The notes under the pieces: model-generated
The model's input: only the letters and a program-made list of their open reading frames with translations
What the model was told of the DNA's origin: nothing
Databases searched by the model: none
Made by a program: the position numbers and the translations under genes
From: Carcharhinus amblyrhynchos
Taxonomy: Eukaryota
DNA length: 64,000 nucleotides
Direction of reading: 5' to 3'
Assembly (NCBI GenBank): GCA_965287045.1
Contig: OZ336880.1
Location: 48,546,001 to 48,610,000 of the forward strand
Shown here: positions 36,844 through 50,488 of the stretch, in pieces
How the letters are laid out: every line of letters starts with the position of its first letter
How positions within the stretch are numbered: the stretch's first letter is position 1

Positions 36844-38940
36844 CTAAGACTAATGTAAATTGTATCGTCTTCAGGGAACAGTGAACCAACCGAAAGTCTC
36901 AGCTATTATTTTTTATATATATTTTTACAATTACGGTACATTTTCTCTTGTTTCTCTTATGAAAAACATCCACTTTGGAGCCTTATCCCGAAATCCCACT
37001 AGGTTATCACCTGAAGAGTGTGAAATAGATTTTGTTGTTGGAACTACAGAATAGGCTGGCTGCTTACTGTGTTACATAAAATATAACGATTCCCACACAT
37101 TTAAAATTCCAAGAAATTCGTGCTAACTATTGGGTGATGCGGCTGTACGTTTTTAACAGGAAATTCTCATTCACCTGAATGTCATTCAATAGTTACATTG
37201 CTCCCTCAGAATGTAGATAAAAACGTCAATAGTTTAAATTTTACCAATGTATAAATTTGACGTTCGGGTGCTGGCATTTAAAACAAAAAGATTTACAGAT
37301 CGCCTCCATCTAGGGCTAAGTGATTAGAATTTCATACCATACCTATAAAATGTAAATGAGCAGCACACATCTTCCCCTTAATTCGGCGAGCGGAATTGTT
37401 TTAAGCGAAATGACACTTCCATCAAACGCTTCTTATAATTAAGATTTTTTGAAATACGTTTAACAATGCACACACCGCTGCTTGCAATGTCAAAGGTTCC
37501 CAGTGTGGTCTCTCGTTTACGATATGTGATGAAGGAACATGTCGATACGCTGATAAAAATGTTTAATTATGGCATTGGATTGAAGGGCTAATATTTTAAA
37601 ATAGGAGGAGAGGCACGGTTCCAGTTTGTCTAAATATATATAGTTTAACATTTTCAAAGTATTGCATTTTTTGCATTTTTTCTGATTTGAAGCCCCTCCC
37701 CCAACCCCCGAGTTCCACAATCTTGGTTTCTCATATATTTAATTTCCAGATACAATTACTTTGTTCCTGTCTGAATACTGTTGGCTTTCTTTGTGAAACT
37801 GCATGTCTGCTATAATCTGTTCACCCTCCCAACTGCTTCATTGAAAATCCAAATACTTCCAGCAGTGTGGCATTTGCTTTAGATCATTTTAATTCAATAG
37901 GTGGGTTTTGATTCAGTTTCTCGCCGCGAGACAAAGTCAATATTCGTGCGGCGGGACAGGCAACAAAAGAGATAGAATTTGTCTAATGGGACGGTTCATT
38001 TAAAGATGCAAAGTGACGGAGCTGCTAATCTAGAATTCCTGAAATCTGTGCAATGAGGCTATTCCGTATCGGGACAGAGTTTCCTTTAAAATTGAGATTA
38101 CGCCTTTCAGCACAGTAGTTTCACTTTGAAAAAGTCGACGCGAAATGATAATGCGCGGATAATCCCTCCGTAAAAATAGACCCAACAAAATAAAGAATAT
38201 TACGTTGTGAAGTATGAGTACACTTTTGAGAAAATAACAGGTGTCTCGATACTTCCATGCCCAGAACTTTTTGCTTTCCACTGTGTCTTGGCCCATTCCC
38301 CATTTCCTATCTTTTCATCCAGACGCAGTTCTATGGCAATTGTGGAATGCTCTGCACAATGCGTCCTATTTTTGGTTTGACGTTAGTTTAGAAAACCAAT
38401 TCTGTCCACAACAAATTACTCCGTGTTTCGCACAAAAACGCTTATGAAATTGAAATTCTCGGCATAATTGATCTTGTTCTCTCTCTTTTCTTGACAATGG
38501 TTTGTTTATCTTATGGGTCACCATGTCAGCTGCCACATGCTTCCCAGAAAAACTGAGTTCAAATTCCACTGTCCACGTACACTCCCTCCCGCTTTTAACA
38601 CCCCCTCCTTCTTCTCCCTTTCTGCTTTCTTCAGAATGTAATCCTCCACCAATCTAATTGCACTTGCTCCTCCGTCATCGCATTTTCCTTCACTCATGTC
38701 TACCCTACTTCCCACCGCGATTCAAAAGTTATCGCATTGTTATTTTTTTAAAAAAGGACATATTTGTTGCTTTGCCAACTGTCGGCGATCTCACATTCCT
38801 GGATGTATACCTACTTTTTTCTTTTAACGCAAAGTACAGTGAAAGATGTGACAGCTGCCAGCAGACATGTACTTTATGGATGTGGCTGTTGAGTGAGCCA
38901 CCTCTCCAAAGGTGCACCTTGTTGTGGCTTTGACAAGCGT

Positions 38941-38960
38941 GGCCGCCCTCTGCTGGTCAC
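38941..38960 (-). promoter_or_regulatory. CTCF-like motif upstream of gad1
   Basis: Minus strand GTGACCAGCAGAGGGCGGCC closely fits the CCA(G/C)(C/T)AG(A/G)(G/T)GGC core; binding not shown. Confidence 0.6.
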
Positions 38961-39049
38961 TGAAGCTCTCAGATTTCCACCGGATCTGAAATCAGTGGCC
39001 GCCAAAGCCACTGCCAATGAGGCTGGAATACCTGCCGTGCCTCTAATCT

Positions 39050-39816
39050 TAATGGCGAAACCTTCTCAAATGGCCATAAAACCGTGGGGGCGGGTGTGGG
39101 GGAGACCTATTTTGTTCCCAGCTTTCTTAAAATGCTTGTGAAAGCAGAGATGTAAAGGATTTCACCTTGTTGGGGCTCACACACCGCGCTGAGCAAAAGC
39201 AAGGCGGCAGGTTATTCATTGAGCAGGAAGGTTCACACCGCCAGCGGTGAATCGATTAAAACACAATAAATCACTTCAAAGTTTTGAAGGCCGTGCTGTA
39301 AGAGTCTGCCGTTTGCCTTGCTTTGATGTCAGGCTGCAGCTCAGATGTGTATCTATTGTTAGATATTCCAACCCCTTCCTGAGGTGCACCTGCTCCGTGA
39401 TCTGGATTCAGAAACAAGGCGACTCAAAGCCTGAAGGCACCAAAAAGTACCTGCTGGAAAAGTCACGTAACTCCGGGGGGAAGGCAGCGGGGCGGTGGAT
39501 TTGTGCAGACAAAGCAACCTGGTCAATATTGTCATGACACATTTTGGAGAGGAGGAGGTGTGTGTGACTCATTCCTGCGTCGTGTCGGATAAACGGGGCG
39601 ATTCACACTTTTAAAACAGCAAATCAAGCGTAATTCAGAAAAAAAAAGGTCATGCTGAATGGAATTTTTTTGTACTCGATTTATATTCAGTCGTCGTTTC
39701 CCTTGGAGTGTTATAAGCGCCCTTCATGCTGACAGAAACTTGCATGTCTGAGGATCTAATTTGGTTGTTGGGCGTCAGATGGTCGGAGTCTGCTACCTGG
39801 GCGTCTACACCAAGCG
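39050..39816 (+). promoter_or_regulatory. GAD1: Probable gad1 promoter and non-coding exon 1
   Basis: GC boxes (GGGGCGG near 39087 and 39489), AP-1-like TGACTCA near 39565, donor-like GCG|gtaagg at 39817, ~1.07 kb before the acceptor at 40882; mammalian GAD1 has a non-coding first exon. TSS not determinable. Confidence 0.5.
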
Positions 39817-40976
39817 GTAAGGTCCTCGTCATCGTCTACCTGAAAAATACCATTTTATTAGAGGCTACCTTTTAACGCAGGAGCCATTTCGGCAAGTCCA
39901 CCACCAATTTAGCCGTGCTCCTCCGCCTGGAAAGGATTATAGTTTGGGAGGTTGGAAATCCCAGTGGGTAAGTGAAAGAGGTCTTTAATTAGAAAGAAAA
40001 ATGGAAAAGTCCGACAGGATTGAACTGGAATGTGAAACACATTGTGTCCCAATGCCATCGACTGGTCCAAACACTGTCAGTGTGAATTCCATGTTGAGTA
40101 ATCATTGCTCGCTTGTGCTACGGATTTTGCTCTACCTTTGGACGGATAATTCCAATATTAATTGTATCTAACCGTGGTGTGGCTGATTATAAAATGGGAC
40201 TTGTAAATTGCGTCAGTTCAGCCTTTCCATTTGATGGTGTCGAATCAAAAGGCTCTGACTGACCATGACCCCGCTTATTTTACAGTTTGGGTCATATCGC
40301 ATTGGACAATACAAGAATCACAGTCAATGTAACAATGATCTCTTTGCTCTTTGCGGCTGGTTCGTTTAGGGGTGTTTTTGCATAAATAGATTCAAATTGA
40401 CAATGGACATTAGCGAATTGTTGACTGATAATTGTTGTCATATATGTAGTGAGGTGGCACTGCCCTACTGGAACTCTCACTGTTCGGATGCATAATGTAG
40501 GACGTCTGGCGGTTAAGCAAAGGCAATGGAAATTATTTCAGTAAATGCCTTTAATGAGATCTTTGGTCCACATCAGAAGTGCTAACCATTCCGTCGCGCC
40601 ATTTCATTAAACAATCCAGAGCTTCGCCCTGATTGTTTGATACCTTTCCACCAATACTGATTCAAATGCTGCTTGCGATTACGCGAGACATGCCTGTGCC
40701 CGCGAATCATTGCTTCCCCTACCTTCCATGAGAGCACTTTCGCGCCCTGAATGCTAATAAATTAAATGTTTGAAAGGGGAAGACTAGGTTCCAAGGCAAT
40801 CTCTCCCTCTCACACGCGCGCACACCGACACACACCCGGCTTCAGAAAACTAACCACCACTGTCTTATTCATTTCCTTCTAGAAACACCCGTCTTTGTGT
40901 CTTTGTGTTGGAAAGAAGGGATTCTAAGGAAGCTGTCAGTCCCATCTAAGCAAGGACTTCGCGTCTGTCAGAACCG

Positions 40977-41058
40977 ATGGCATCCTCTGCTCCTTCATCT
41001 TCCAGTGCAAGTCAAGACCCCAACTCAACAAATTTACGGCCGGGGGACAGAAGCACAA
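40977..41058 (+). CDS. GAD1: GAD67 first coding exon (exon 2; acceptor ttccttctag at 40882, 94-nt UTR, 82 coding nt)
   Basis: ccgATGG; MASSAPSSSSASQDPNSTNLRPGDRST resembles human MASSTPSSS..DPNTTNLRP; A|gtaagc donor. Confidence 0.93.
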
Positions 41059-43945
41059 GTAAGCGATTGCTATTTTGTTTAAACCGACACAAGAAGCTTG
41101 CCGAGGAACCTGACGGTTCTCCTGTAGACACAGTGTACAATGTAAAACATATCAAAAGCTAAATGTTTCCCAGGAAAATATTGAATTAATAAAAGTATAC
41201 TTTCACTGCCGCTAAGCGGCCATGAACATCAGCAGCGCTGATATCCCGTTAGAATTGGTCACAATGGAATGCTCAGAAAGGTGCAGACAGTCGGTTTAAT
41301 ATTGTAGCCACAACACCTGGAGGCTGCAATTCCTTTTCAGAGGCTGTGGTAATAAGCATACAGCTGTATGTATAATAAGCCTCTTAAACAGTAATTTCAA
41401 GGCGGTTTGGCAATTTATGAAAATGCACTTTGCTCATTATCACAACAAACCCTTTTAGTGCAGAGTTCTGAGTGAAAGTGTAATTATATGAGAAAGCGAA
41501 GGCGGCCGATGCAGCTAATTGTAGCTGTTATGAACTCACTAATAGCTGCGACGGCACAGAGTGAAGGAAAGAGAGCTATTGAACTGACCAGGAGGAGAAT
41601 GGCACTGATAGATCTAATCAGCTTACCCTATAGCCTCAACAATTCTGACATCGGCTAAAAAAAACCTCATCGATGACATAATCGACACTGACAAAGAAAA
41701 ACTCGCCAGAAATAAAGACGGGCATCGCGGTCATTACATGCGTAATGTTTCTGCCCTGAAGGTCTTCAGACGCTGATTTTAATTCCCATTGGCCAAGAAG
41801 CGTTACACGAACACAGACTCTTTTTTTTAAATTTTGACACTTCATTTTCAAACTTTACTATGTGAAATTGATCCCTCCCCGCCTTCCTTCAATATCGCCA
41901 TGTTTTACTTTACACGTATGTTATATATATCACACACGCACACGTTAAAACTACCCAGGAATGAAGTTGCCTCGATATAATTCACATATTTGTACTTTTC
42001 GTCAGGAAATATATTGTGTGGCAACCATTCCGACACTCAAATTGTGATCCCGGCCAATTTACATTTTCTTAAAACGGGATCCAAAGTAGAAAGTGCGATG
42101 TACAGAAATATGGGTGTATATTTTATACGGGCGCCATCAGTCGGGGGAATCAGTGGGTTAATCAAGGCTTGTTGTGGTGTGGCGACTTGAAGAGTCTGTA
42201 AATATAAGAGTATGGTGTGTATTTTTGTCCTTTCGCCTGTAATCGTGTTTCTTGCTTGTCCTTGCTCTATATCATTAGCTCATGGCACGCTTTATCTCCC
42301 AGTCACTGACCTCGGGCGCATTTGTGTGTCAGTGATTTTTTTTCTCCGCACAAGTGTCGTGGAGAGGCTGTACCTGGGTTGTCAGAGTCACCAAAATGAT
42401 CAAAAGAGCAGAGAATGTGTACTCATCTGCCACAATCACACTCAGAAACAGACAATCTCGGGGAAACAGGAAACATCAACTTCCGCACCATCCAGAATAT
42501 CAAAACATCGTTTCCCAAACGAATTCGCGGTCCTGAAACCTGCATCTTAATTACTTGTTAATGTAGATAAATGAGATCGCCTTCTATCGATGATACATTT
42601 GCAACGTGAATGGGTAGAACTACCGAAATTTGTCATTGGCATTCTTACTGTTAATGTTAACTAAATAAATCTCCCAAGATTAGAAATATACAATAATCTC
42701 CCCATTCCAAAATGCAAAAAGTTGGGCATATGTGTTAACTTTTCCCAAATGTCACTTGTGTAATATATCACTTCTGCTTTCATTTTTTTTTTACCGTCGT
42801 TTAAGACTATTTTTAAATCTCTGTGTTTTGTTGCGTGGCTACAGTACTGGCTTTGTGATACCATTAGTGTTGACACGCCTCATAAAGCCGGGCTGTGATC
42901 TGTCAGACTATGGAGAGAGGTCCAAATTGCTGTTTCATTCAACCATAAAGATGGAGCAAAAATGTATACGGCACCTCCGTAATTGCTAATTAATATAAAC
43001 TATTTTAATATGTGCACACCGCCGGCGGACTGCGTGGAGAGTATTTATGCCATGATTGAAAAGTCTAATACTTATTATAAATGTCCTCATTTTGTACATT
43101 TCATTCCGGAGTGTATAATGTCCACAACAATTCACTATACAGGGACTGCCAAGCCAGCATAATAGGCGTATTAATTACTCGGCCAGACTACCAAATGCAC
43201 AGCTGCATGAATCATCAATATGCGAAAAAGGGATAAAATTATAGGATAATGTGTAAATCCAGGCGGAGATTTGCAAAATAAAAAAAAAGTGGAATGTTAA
43301 AACTCGTGCAAGACAGTGCAATATTCTCGCTGGTGGACCGCTAGTCAAGCAGATCCGAGCTAGTCAAATACCATTTTTCAGCTAATTAATTCTTGCACTA
43401 CTCTGCTGACCCCATTTCACGCCAGTTTGTCTTAAGCTTCCAATTTCCCGGAAGTATGCCAATATTCAGTAGATATTAAATCCCCGGGCCAACTGATGTT
43501 TCTATTTGGATTTTCAGAAAACACACCAGAGTATGAAGGAAAGAAAACAGAATACTGGGAAATGTTTTCGCGGCGTTAAATGTTAAAGCTACAGACATCG
43601 TTTATCAGTGCGTGTCAATTCTTTAATAAAATAGACTAAGGATCTCAGGCTGCTAGGTGCAGGTTTTTGTCTGGAGTTTCTTTCATGTTAGATTCATTTC
43701 AGCCGCTTCCCAGGAAGATACTTAATAACGGGAACTGCTTCCAGACGAGATAAGCCAGTACGCAAACACAAACCTTTCCTTTTACAAGTTTTCTTCGTGC
43801 GATTTATTACTTTACCATAAGGTAATCTAATCGGAAGCTTAGTGCATTAAGTGGTGGCATGTGCTCAATGGTTATACACAGACACCTCACAAAAAATGCT
43901 ATCTCGCCTTGTATCTTTACGCTCTTTTTATTGTCCCTGTTTCAG

Positions 43946-44008
43946 CCTATGACTCTTGGTGCGGAGTTGCTCACGGCTGTACAAGAAAACTTGGCCTGAA
44001 GATCTGCG
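43946..44008 (+). CDS. GAD1: GAD67 exon 3 (63 nt)
   Basis: tttcag acceptor, gtacgt donor; [21 protein letters not shown] is diagnostic for GAD1 rather than GAD2. Confidence 0.97.
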
Positions 44009-44664
44009 GTACGTTCTTCTCTATTTTACATTAATAAGCAGAGATTTTTAAGCAGGTCTTTGGGAAACGTTGATCTATAAAAATAAACCCACATGCACGC
44101 TGGGCAATCTGATTCCGTCCGGCTTGCTGCCCCGTTGAGACACCATCAATGTTTTCAGAAACAATTTTTAAAAATCGCTACTTTAACTGACAGCAACAAT
44201 GTTTCTCAAGTGCTTCGTCTTTAATATCAATAACGTTTCGAGTGATTCCGTCCTTTTGATGCACTACAGCAGGAATCAAGTGTTGGGGGAAATACCTTGT
44301 AACTGCTAACCTTCACTCGAATCCAATTGTAAACACCATTTTAACGAGGTCACTGAACATAGGGTGCGTCCGTAAGAACTGTTTGTTATCATGCCCTACT
44401 TACTGGGCAACGACGTTGTTTACCTGCCAAATTAGAACTGAAAAGGTAACATTTTGAGAAAAAACGTTTAGAAAAATAGATACTTCTTTAAAGGATTGAC
44501 CCATACAATCATTCATGTAGCGCCTATCACGTCGTTGAAGTCCCGGAATGCATCGCAGCCGATGGTTTAGTTTGTAGTCACTGTTCATGGTAATGTCGAT
44601 TCACAGACAATGCAGCAATTGTCCCTGCCCACCAGAAGAACACCACGGATAGCAATAAGGTTAA

Positions 44665-44855
44665 AAACTAGCTATCTGTTGTTGGTGATGCTGGAAGAAT
44701 TCCCTGATTTCCTTTGAGTTTGATTTGGCATCTTTCTGATCCTGATCTTACATCTGCAAAGGCTATTTGGACCCTCCCCCTACTCCCTTTAACGTCTCAT
44801 TCCCAAAGAAAACATCTGTGGCAATGTGGTACTCACTCGGTGCTGCACTCCAACC
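44665..44855 (-). mobile_element. Degenerate DeuSINE fragment in gad1 intron 3
   Basis: 'tttaacgtctcat.cc.aaaga..acatct..ggcaatgtggtactcactcggtgctgcact' matches the reverse strand of the Deu domain as recalled. Confidence 0.55.
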
Positions 44856-46470
44856 CCAGCTACTAATTCCCTGAGCAAGTATGCTAATTGATGGTACAAA
44901 CACGGGCAATTTAATAGATTGGCAAGAGATTAAAGGACTGGACCATACACTGAGGTCATGTCATTCAAACTGCGAAACGCCCTTAACAAGACAAAGATGA
45001 ACCAAACAGCTCCAAAACCATAAATGTGTCACCAGTCACCTCATACTGATAACTTTGTGGACCAATGACTACACTTACTTGCCTTTTGCCCACATTTTCT
45101 TGGTAATCAAAAGTAAATATGGATTTTAGAAATCACCAGTTTTAAGTGAAATGTGGGCCACCAATTCACCCTGATCAATATTTCCCTCATATTTTCTTCA
45201 ACCAGCTTGCAGTTTTAAAAGTAGATGGGAATATTTCTGTTATTTCCAATTCAACAGGGAAAAATAAATATTGTATTTTCAGTTCGATGCAGTTTTTCCA
45301 TGTTCTGTTTTAATGGTTAATTCACCTCATTTTTATTATTCTCACAATTCACACTCACCAAAGCGGAGAACATATTTGATTAAATCGTTCGCTTTTATTC
45401 TGAAGAGATTTATAAAAAAAACAATTGGGTAGAACATCGCGAATAAACAAATTACAGCGCCTGTTAAAATATATATTACACGTTTTCCATTTGTTTTTAT
45501 AACTATGATGCGTTCGCTGGGCGGAGGACGACAATAAATGTTTGTAAATTCCCTTCAGAAAATAACATGTTTTTAAAGAACTCACCTCTGTCACTCTCGG
45601 GCTCCTCCTTGTGGAAGGAACACCTTTAACAGTTGCAACTGAAGCAAAGGGACCGTTTGGTGAATATACCGTGTGGATAACTAAAGGTTAAAAGGAAACC
45701 TCAGAAACGGTGCGAAATGAAGTACTGGAAAACAATACCTTATTGCAGCTAGAATAAGTTCTCCGAATGCCATAGAGTTTACACCCGAGAATAAACACAA
45801 TTTCCCACTGTTAAAACTTACAATTTCTTACATCGTCTTACATCAGCTGTTAGATAATTCCAAATTGATGCATCCCTAAATCATTCCTTTTCACAGAAAA
45901 TAGCAGTATTCATAACGGTTGTGCTCATATTCGAGAAAGATGCGAATATGCCGCTTGAGTGATTAAATTGGCCCCAAGTACAGGAGACAACTGAACACTG
46001 CTATTGGACTAGTCATTCCTGTCAATGTTCAAACATCTCATCCGACTTTGTTTCGGATCTTTGAAAAACATGAATTTGTGTCTAATCAATGATGCTAGTT
46101 TTACAAAGAGAAGGAAATCTTTTTTTCTCTGTCGGCAATAAACCTCAACGAGCCGAACATGAAAAGCGAACAGCCTAATTAAACTGCGACAGTTAATTCC
46201 GGAGCCATAAAATTAACCATTTCCTGACTGGGGGAGATGCATGGCCCTACACTGGAAAACGTTAAAGTGCTCCCTGAATTACCACGGTTTTTTTTGCTAC
46301 TATTTCAATGACAACTTTCACATTTTCAAGGTCTGCGATCTCCATTGTGGACATATGAATCCTGGGAGATTCTCCCCAGTGGGTTGAAAATAAAATAGTC
46401 CCTCTGCTATCCTGCCTTGAACCTGCTCCTGTAGCTATCATCAGCCCGCCGTCCTGGCCATTTTCGTTCT

Positions 46471-46652
46471 AAGAAGTCTCACAACGCCAGGTTGAAGTCC
46501 AACAGGTTTATTTGGTAGCAAAAGCCACTAGTTTTCGGAGAGCTAAGTGCTAAAAGCTAGTGGCTTTTGCTATCAAATAAATCTGTCGAACTTTAATCTG
46601 GTGTCGTGAGACTTATTGTATTTACTCCAGTCCAACGCCGGCATCTCCACAC
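46471..46652. mobile_element. Penelope-derived palindromic element (family B), centrally deleted
   Basis: AAGTCTCACAACGCCAGGTT...GCCACTAG and CTAGTGGC...GTGAGACTT arms centred near 46545; homologous to 34768-35108 in the opposite orientation. Confidence 0.8.
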
Positions 46653-47209
46653 TATTTTTGTCCTGTCATACTTTGGAACTGGCGTTTCGGAGTGTCTGTG
46701 TGTCCCTCATCTGCTTCTGAGATTAAACTGTTGCTCTCCAGTTTACCCCTCAACTAAAGCACGATAAACCTTGTCTCTCAGCTCAGAAGAACCATTTGTG
46801 CTTTGGGCTGTAGACTAATCAATGAAACCACACCCCAAATGCACAGTCTTGATCCCCCAAGACTGATGTCCCTCGCGCACACAGAACACTTGGAGATGTA
46901 ATCACCCTAAGAGATGTTTGTGGCACTTTCGACATTCAAAGAATTAAGCCCACAAAGTATTTTCATCGGGCAGCGTTTACCGTTTTTGTCTGGTGCTGCC
47001 CAAACTGTTGCATCCCAAAATTGCCCTCTCCTTCCTGACGCCTCATTCCACTGTCGCCAAACTTCCCCACCGCCAAATACAGCATTGCTTTGCAGTGTGT
47101 ACCGATTTTTAAATTTGCACCGAGACTGGAACGGTTTACATCTAAACAGTTAATTCCGCTACAAACGGGCTAGCGACCCTAGTCCCCGGAGTGAGGACTG
47201 TCAAAGGAC

Positions 47210-47228
47210 TGCGCCATCTGGCGGTAAG
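47210..47228 (-). promoter_or_regulatory. CTCF-like motif in gad1 intron 3
   Basis: Minus strand TTACCGCCAGATGGCGCA fits the CTCF core; binding not shown. Confidence 0.55.
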
Positions 47229-49141
47229 GTGCACCGTGATTTTAACAGGTTGAAAGGAATCGGATCTTCAACATCTCTAAACTTTGTATCCATGTCTGAT
47301 CACTCAAGGGTTGTTTTTCTACCAGTGCTTTTTTTTGGTGATTTGGTGCGTGCAGTCTCGGCTGATTTTTGTTATTTCCTTGCCCGCAGCGGATTTAGGG
47401 AAACAATTGTTAATGTTCTAAAGCATTAACTAGCGCAGAGGAGTTGCTGGTTTTATCATTTGCAAACGTAGATCAAGTTCCTTACAAAGGGAATATAAGA
47501 AACAAATCTAAGCTTTTAAGAGACGTCCCCATTACGCCGTTTAATAGCGAAACCGCTTTTTTATGAAACGCCTAATGATGGAATATTCCAGTCAGTCAGT
47601 TAATCGCTCTTCCACAGCAATGGTAATTGTTTCGATGGCGGAATTGATGAAATGTACTGTCGTTACGAACAAAAATAAAACCTTATTGTTGACAGGAATG
47701 AAAAAAAAAAGCTGGGTTTTGGTATCGTGGATGTGCAGTCCCTCACTTCTCAGAATTCATCAGCCTTATCTGGCTAGGCACCGCCTTCCTCCAGGGAACA
47801 GATTAATGGAAAACTTATTAAAAGCCTATTCGTCAGCTCGCTGTTCTCTGAGATAGCACCGCCAGCCAGCACAAACTCCCCAAATTACAGCATAAATGCA
47901 GTCTAGCCTTGGATAAATTATGAAGAGCAGTGTGGGTTCCTGTCGGGTCGGTTCCGTCGTGTTAGGCTAATATTTCTCAGCAGAAAGGCAGATGAGTTGT
48001 ATATAATGAGCCATTTTTAACCAGAAAACTGGCCAAGGGGCATTAAGATTGGAATTAATCACTAGGTCTGAGAAACTTACAGCTAGAAAGAAAGGCATTT
48101 AAAAAAATCATATGTATATTGTAAGCGCGTGTTGCAAAGGGTTTCTTGCAATTATATCAATAACACAATTAGACTGCATGAATGTAATCGGCTGGCATTC
48201 TGGCTCAGAGGAAAATAATTCTACCTGCTTGTGAGGCGGACGTTTTACACAAGAAGTACATTTACCTCGTTGATTAAATCAGGACCTTACTGGCCAAATG
48301 CACAATGGTTAACAGTCGAAGACATGCTAATTTGCAGGCGGATGGGCTACATCCGAGCGCGGGGTTGAGTAAGAGCAGCTCTCCTCTGTCTCAGTTTGGT
48401 AGATTTCATTCCGTCTCAGCGAGTTCTGATTAGAACCGGGCCCAGGGGCTATAAAATGGAACAAAAATCCTAGAGCTGCTCTTTCACATGTAGTCCATGT
48501 TTGAAACAGTTCTGTGGCAATGTTAATCAATGTCAAAGAGGCAGACTTCCTTGTTTAGTCTTCTTCCCCCCCCAAAAAAAATTATAATGAGTCGAAATGA
48601 CATTTGTGGCTTTCTGAAGTAGCAATTTTAAAGAGAATGAACTCTCAATGATGATGAAAATATGTCGATTATGTAAATATTAGTCGTGCGATGAACTGAT
48701 TTGGAGATGTGGAGATTTACATTACAGAATAGCTGACACGTTTCAGAATGCTTTCATTCATCATTACTCCTTTCACTCTGATGGATTCGAAACTTCGGCC
48801 TGAGGCTCTTTCTGACCCAAGAACTGCTTTCTTCCCGAGGCAGCTCTTGGCTGTCTAATGTGCCCCGCGTTTTATTTAGCAAGAATTTTCCAGTGCACTA
48901 AATAACGAATATTTGTTTTTGCATGGTTGGTTTTGCGCTGACGACATCGTGACCGCACCCTCCTACGGGCAAGTACTCCCTATAAATCCACTGTTGTGGG
49001 TCACAGTAAAGATTTCTAATAAACCAAATCTTCCTACTTGCGACACAACACCTCCCTCGTATTACTTGCCAACGAGACAAAGGCGGCCCAAGATGTTTGG
49101 AAAGAAACCATTTCTGAGCAGTTTTTCTTGCAACAATGTAG

Positions 49142-49300
49142 GCTTTTTGCAAAGGACCAACAGCATCGAGGACAAAAGCCGGACTGTAAGTTCACTGAAG
49201 GATCGTCAGACCTCGAAGAATCTGAACGCCAGCGAAAACAGCGAGAGGGATTCGATATTCAGGCGCGCGGAGACTGATTTTTCCAATCTCTATGCCAGAG
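49142..49300 (+). CDS. GAD1: GAD67 exon 4 (159 nt)
   Basis: tgtag/gtaatg; [53 protein letters not shown]. Confidence 0.97.
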
Positions 49301-49736
49301 GTAATGTATGAAAACAAAACTGCCTTGCTGAAAGCTTAACTGTAAGTATAATTGCCTGCAATGATTTTTTTTTCAATTGTTGATGCAGCGGAGTAAAATG
49401 CTAAATGCATTCCATGTATCCCTAGTTGTTTTTGGCATGTTACCGTATTTCTAAAACAAAAGTAGCAAAACTCTTGTATTTTTATCTGAATGCTTTAAAA
49501 TAGCTGTTAGTTTGTTTTTATTGATCACATTTATTCTATAATAGTGAATGGTATCTCTGCATTTTACAATGGGCTTCAACAGTTGACTGAATAGAAGCTT
49601 AGTTATTGAATGAACAGTGTGGTAGGTAAGCTCCCTCGATTTAGTCCGTGTTTTCCCGAACTAATGAAGACCATAACGTCATGTGTTCATCGTACAACAA
49701 TAGTGATAACCTACCAAATTATTCTTTATTTTTCAG

Positions 49737-49979
49737 ACTTATTACCAGCTAAAAATGGAGAAGAGCAGACCACACAATTCCTTTTGGAAGTGGTCGACAT
49801 TCTCCTCAATTACATCAAGAAAACTTTCGACAGGTCCACAAAAGTCCTGGACTTTCATCACCCACATCAGCTTTTGGAGGGAATAGAGGGTTTCAACCTG
49901 GAGCTGTCAGATAATCCTGAATCTCTGGAGCAGATCTTGGTGGACTGCAGGGATACGCTGAAATATGGCGTTAGGACAG
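49737..49979 (+). CDS. GAD1: GAD67 exon 5 (243 nt)
   Basis: tttcag/gtaaag; [12 protein letters not shown]...[14 protein letters not shown]...DTLKYGVRT. Confidence 0.98.
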
Positions 49980-50488
49980 GTAAAGTTTCGAGGTTAAAAC
50001 CAATAATTATTGTTTTGTTTATAATTTACCTAAAATCGCCATTCTGCATTAGATTACACCTTTTTTGTTCAGCAGAAAATATTTACGTTTTTGCATAGTC
50101 TGAAATATCTTATTTTTGGGTACAGAAGTCTATTGTTACTAGTATGGTTTATGTGAAGGTCATTTGGAATTCTTGATGAGCCGAAGTTGCCATTGAATGG
50201 GCATTTGGTGTGTGTGCTTTGTCCTGTTGTGTGAAGGGCGCACAGAGAACATAACCTGTCACTTGTACAAATGTGGCTGTGACGTCTATTCGACTCCAAA
50301 TAATCCTGACATAGATCCGTCCTCCAAATGCAACATGTACCGCCTCCAGCTTCTGTCAGATGGATGAATGTACAACTTGCGTGAATTGGGAGCTGTTGGA
50401 TTGTTTTTCTGTCTCTAATGGGTTTTAATTCGTCGCAAATCGTGTTTTAAAATGGGTGGGATAGATAGAAAATAACATGCCTGTCAGT

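Noticed and set aside
35527-36889. 279-aa and 167-aa RT ORFs as a functional or domesticated gene
   Set aside because: 5'-truncated, frameshifted CR1 copy whose start codon lies in flanking DNA; near-identical sister copies nearby.
48913-50098. ORFs 48913-49311 and 49610-50098 as standalone or extended GAD proteins
   Set aside because: GAD similarity is confined to the AG/GT-bounded exons; the extensions are stop-free intron sequence.
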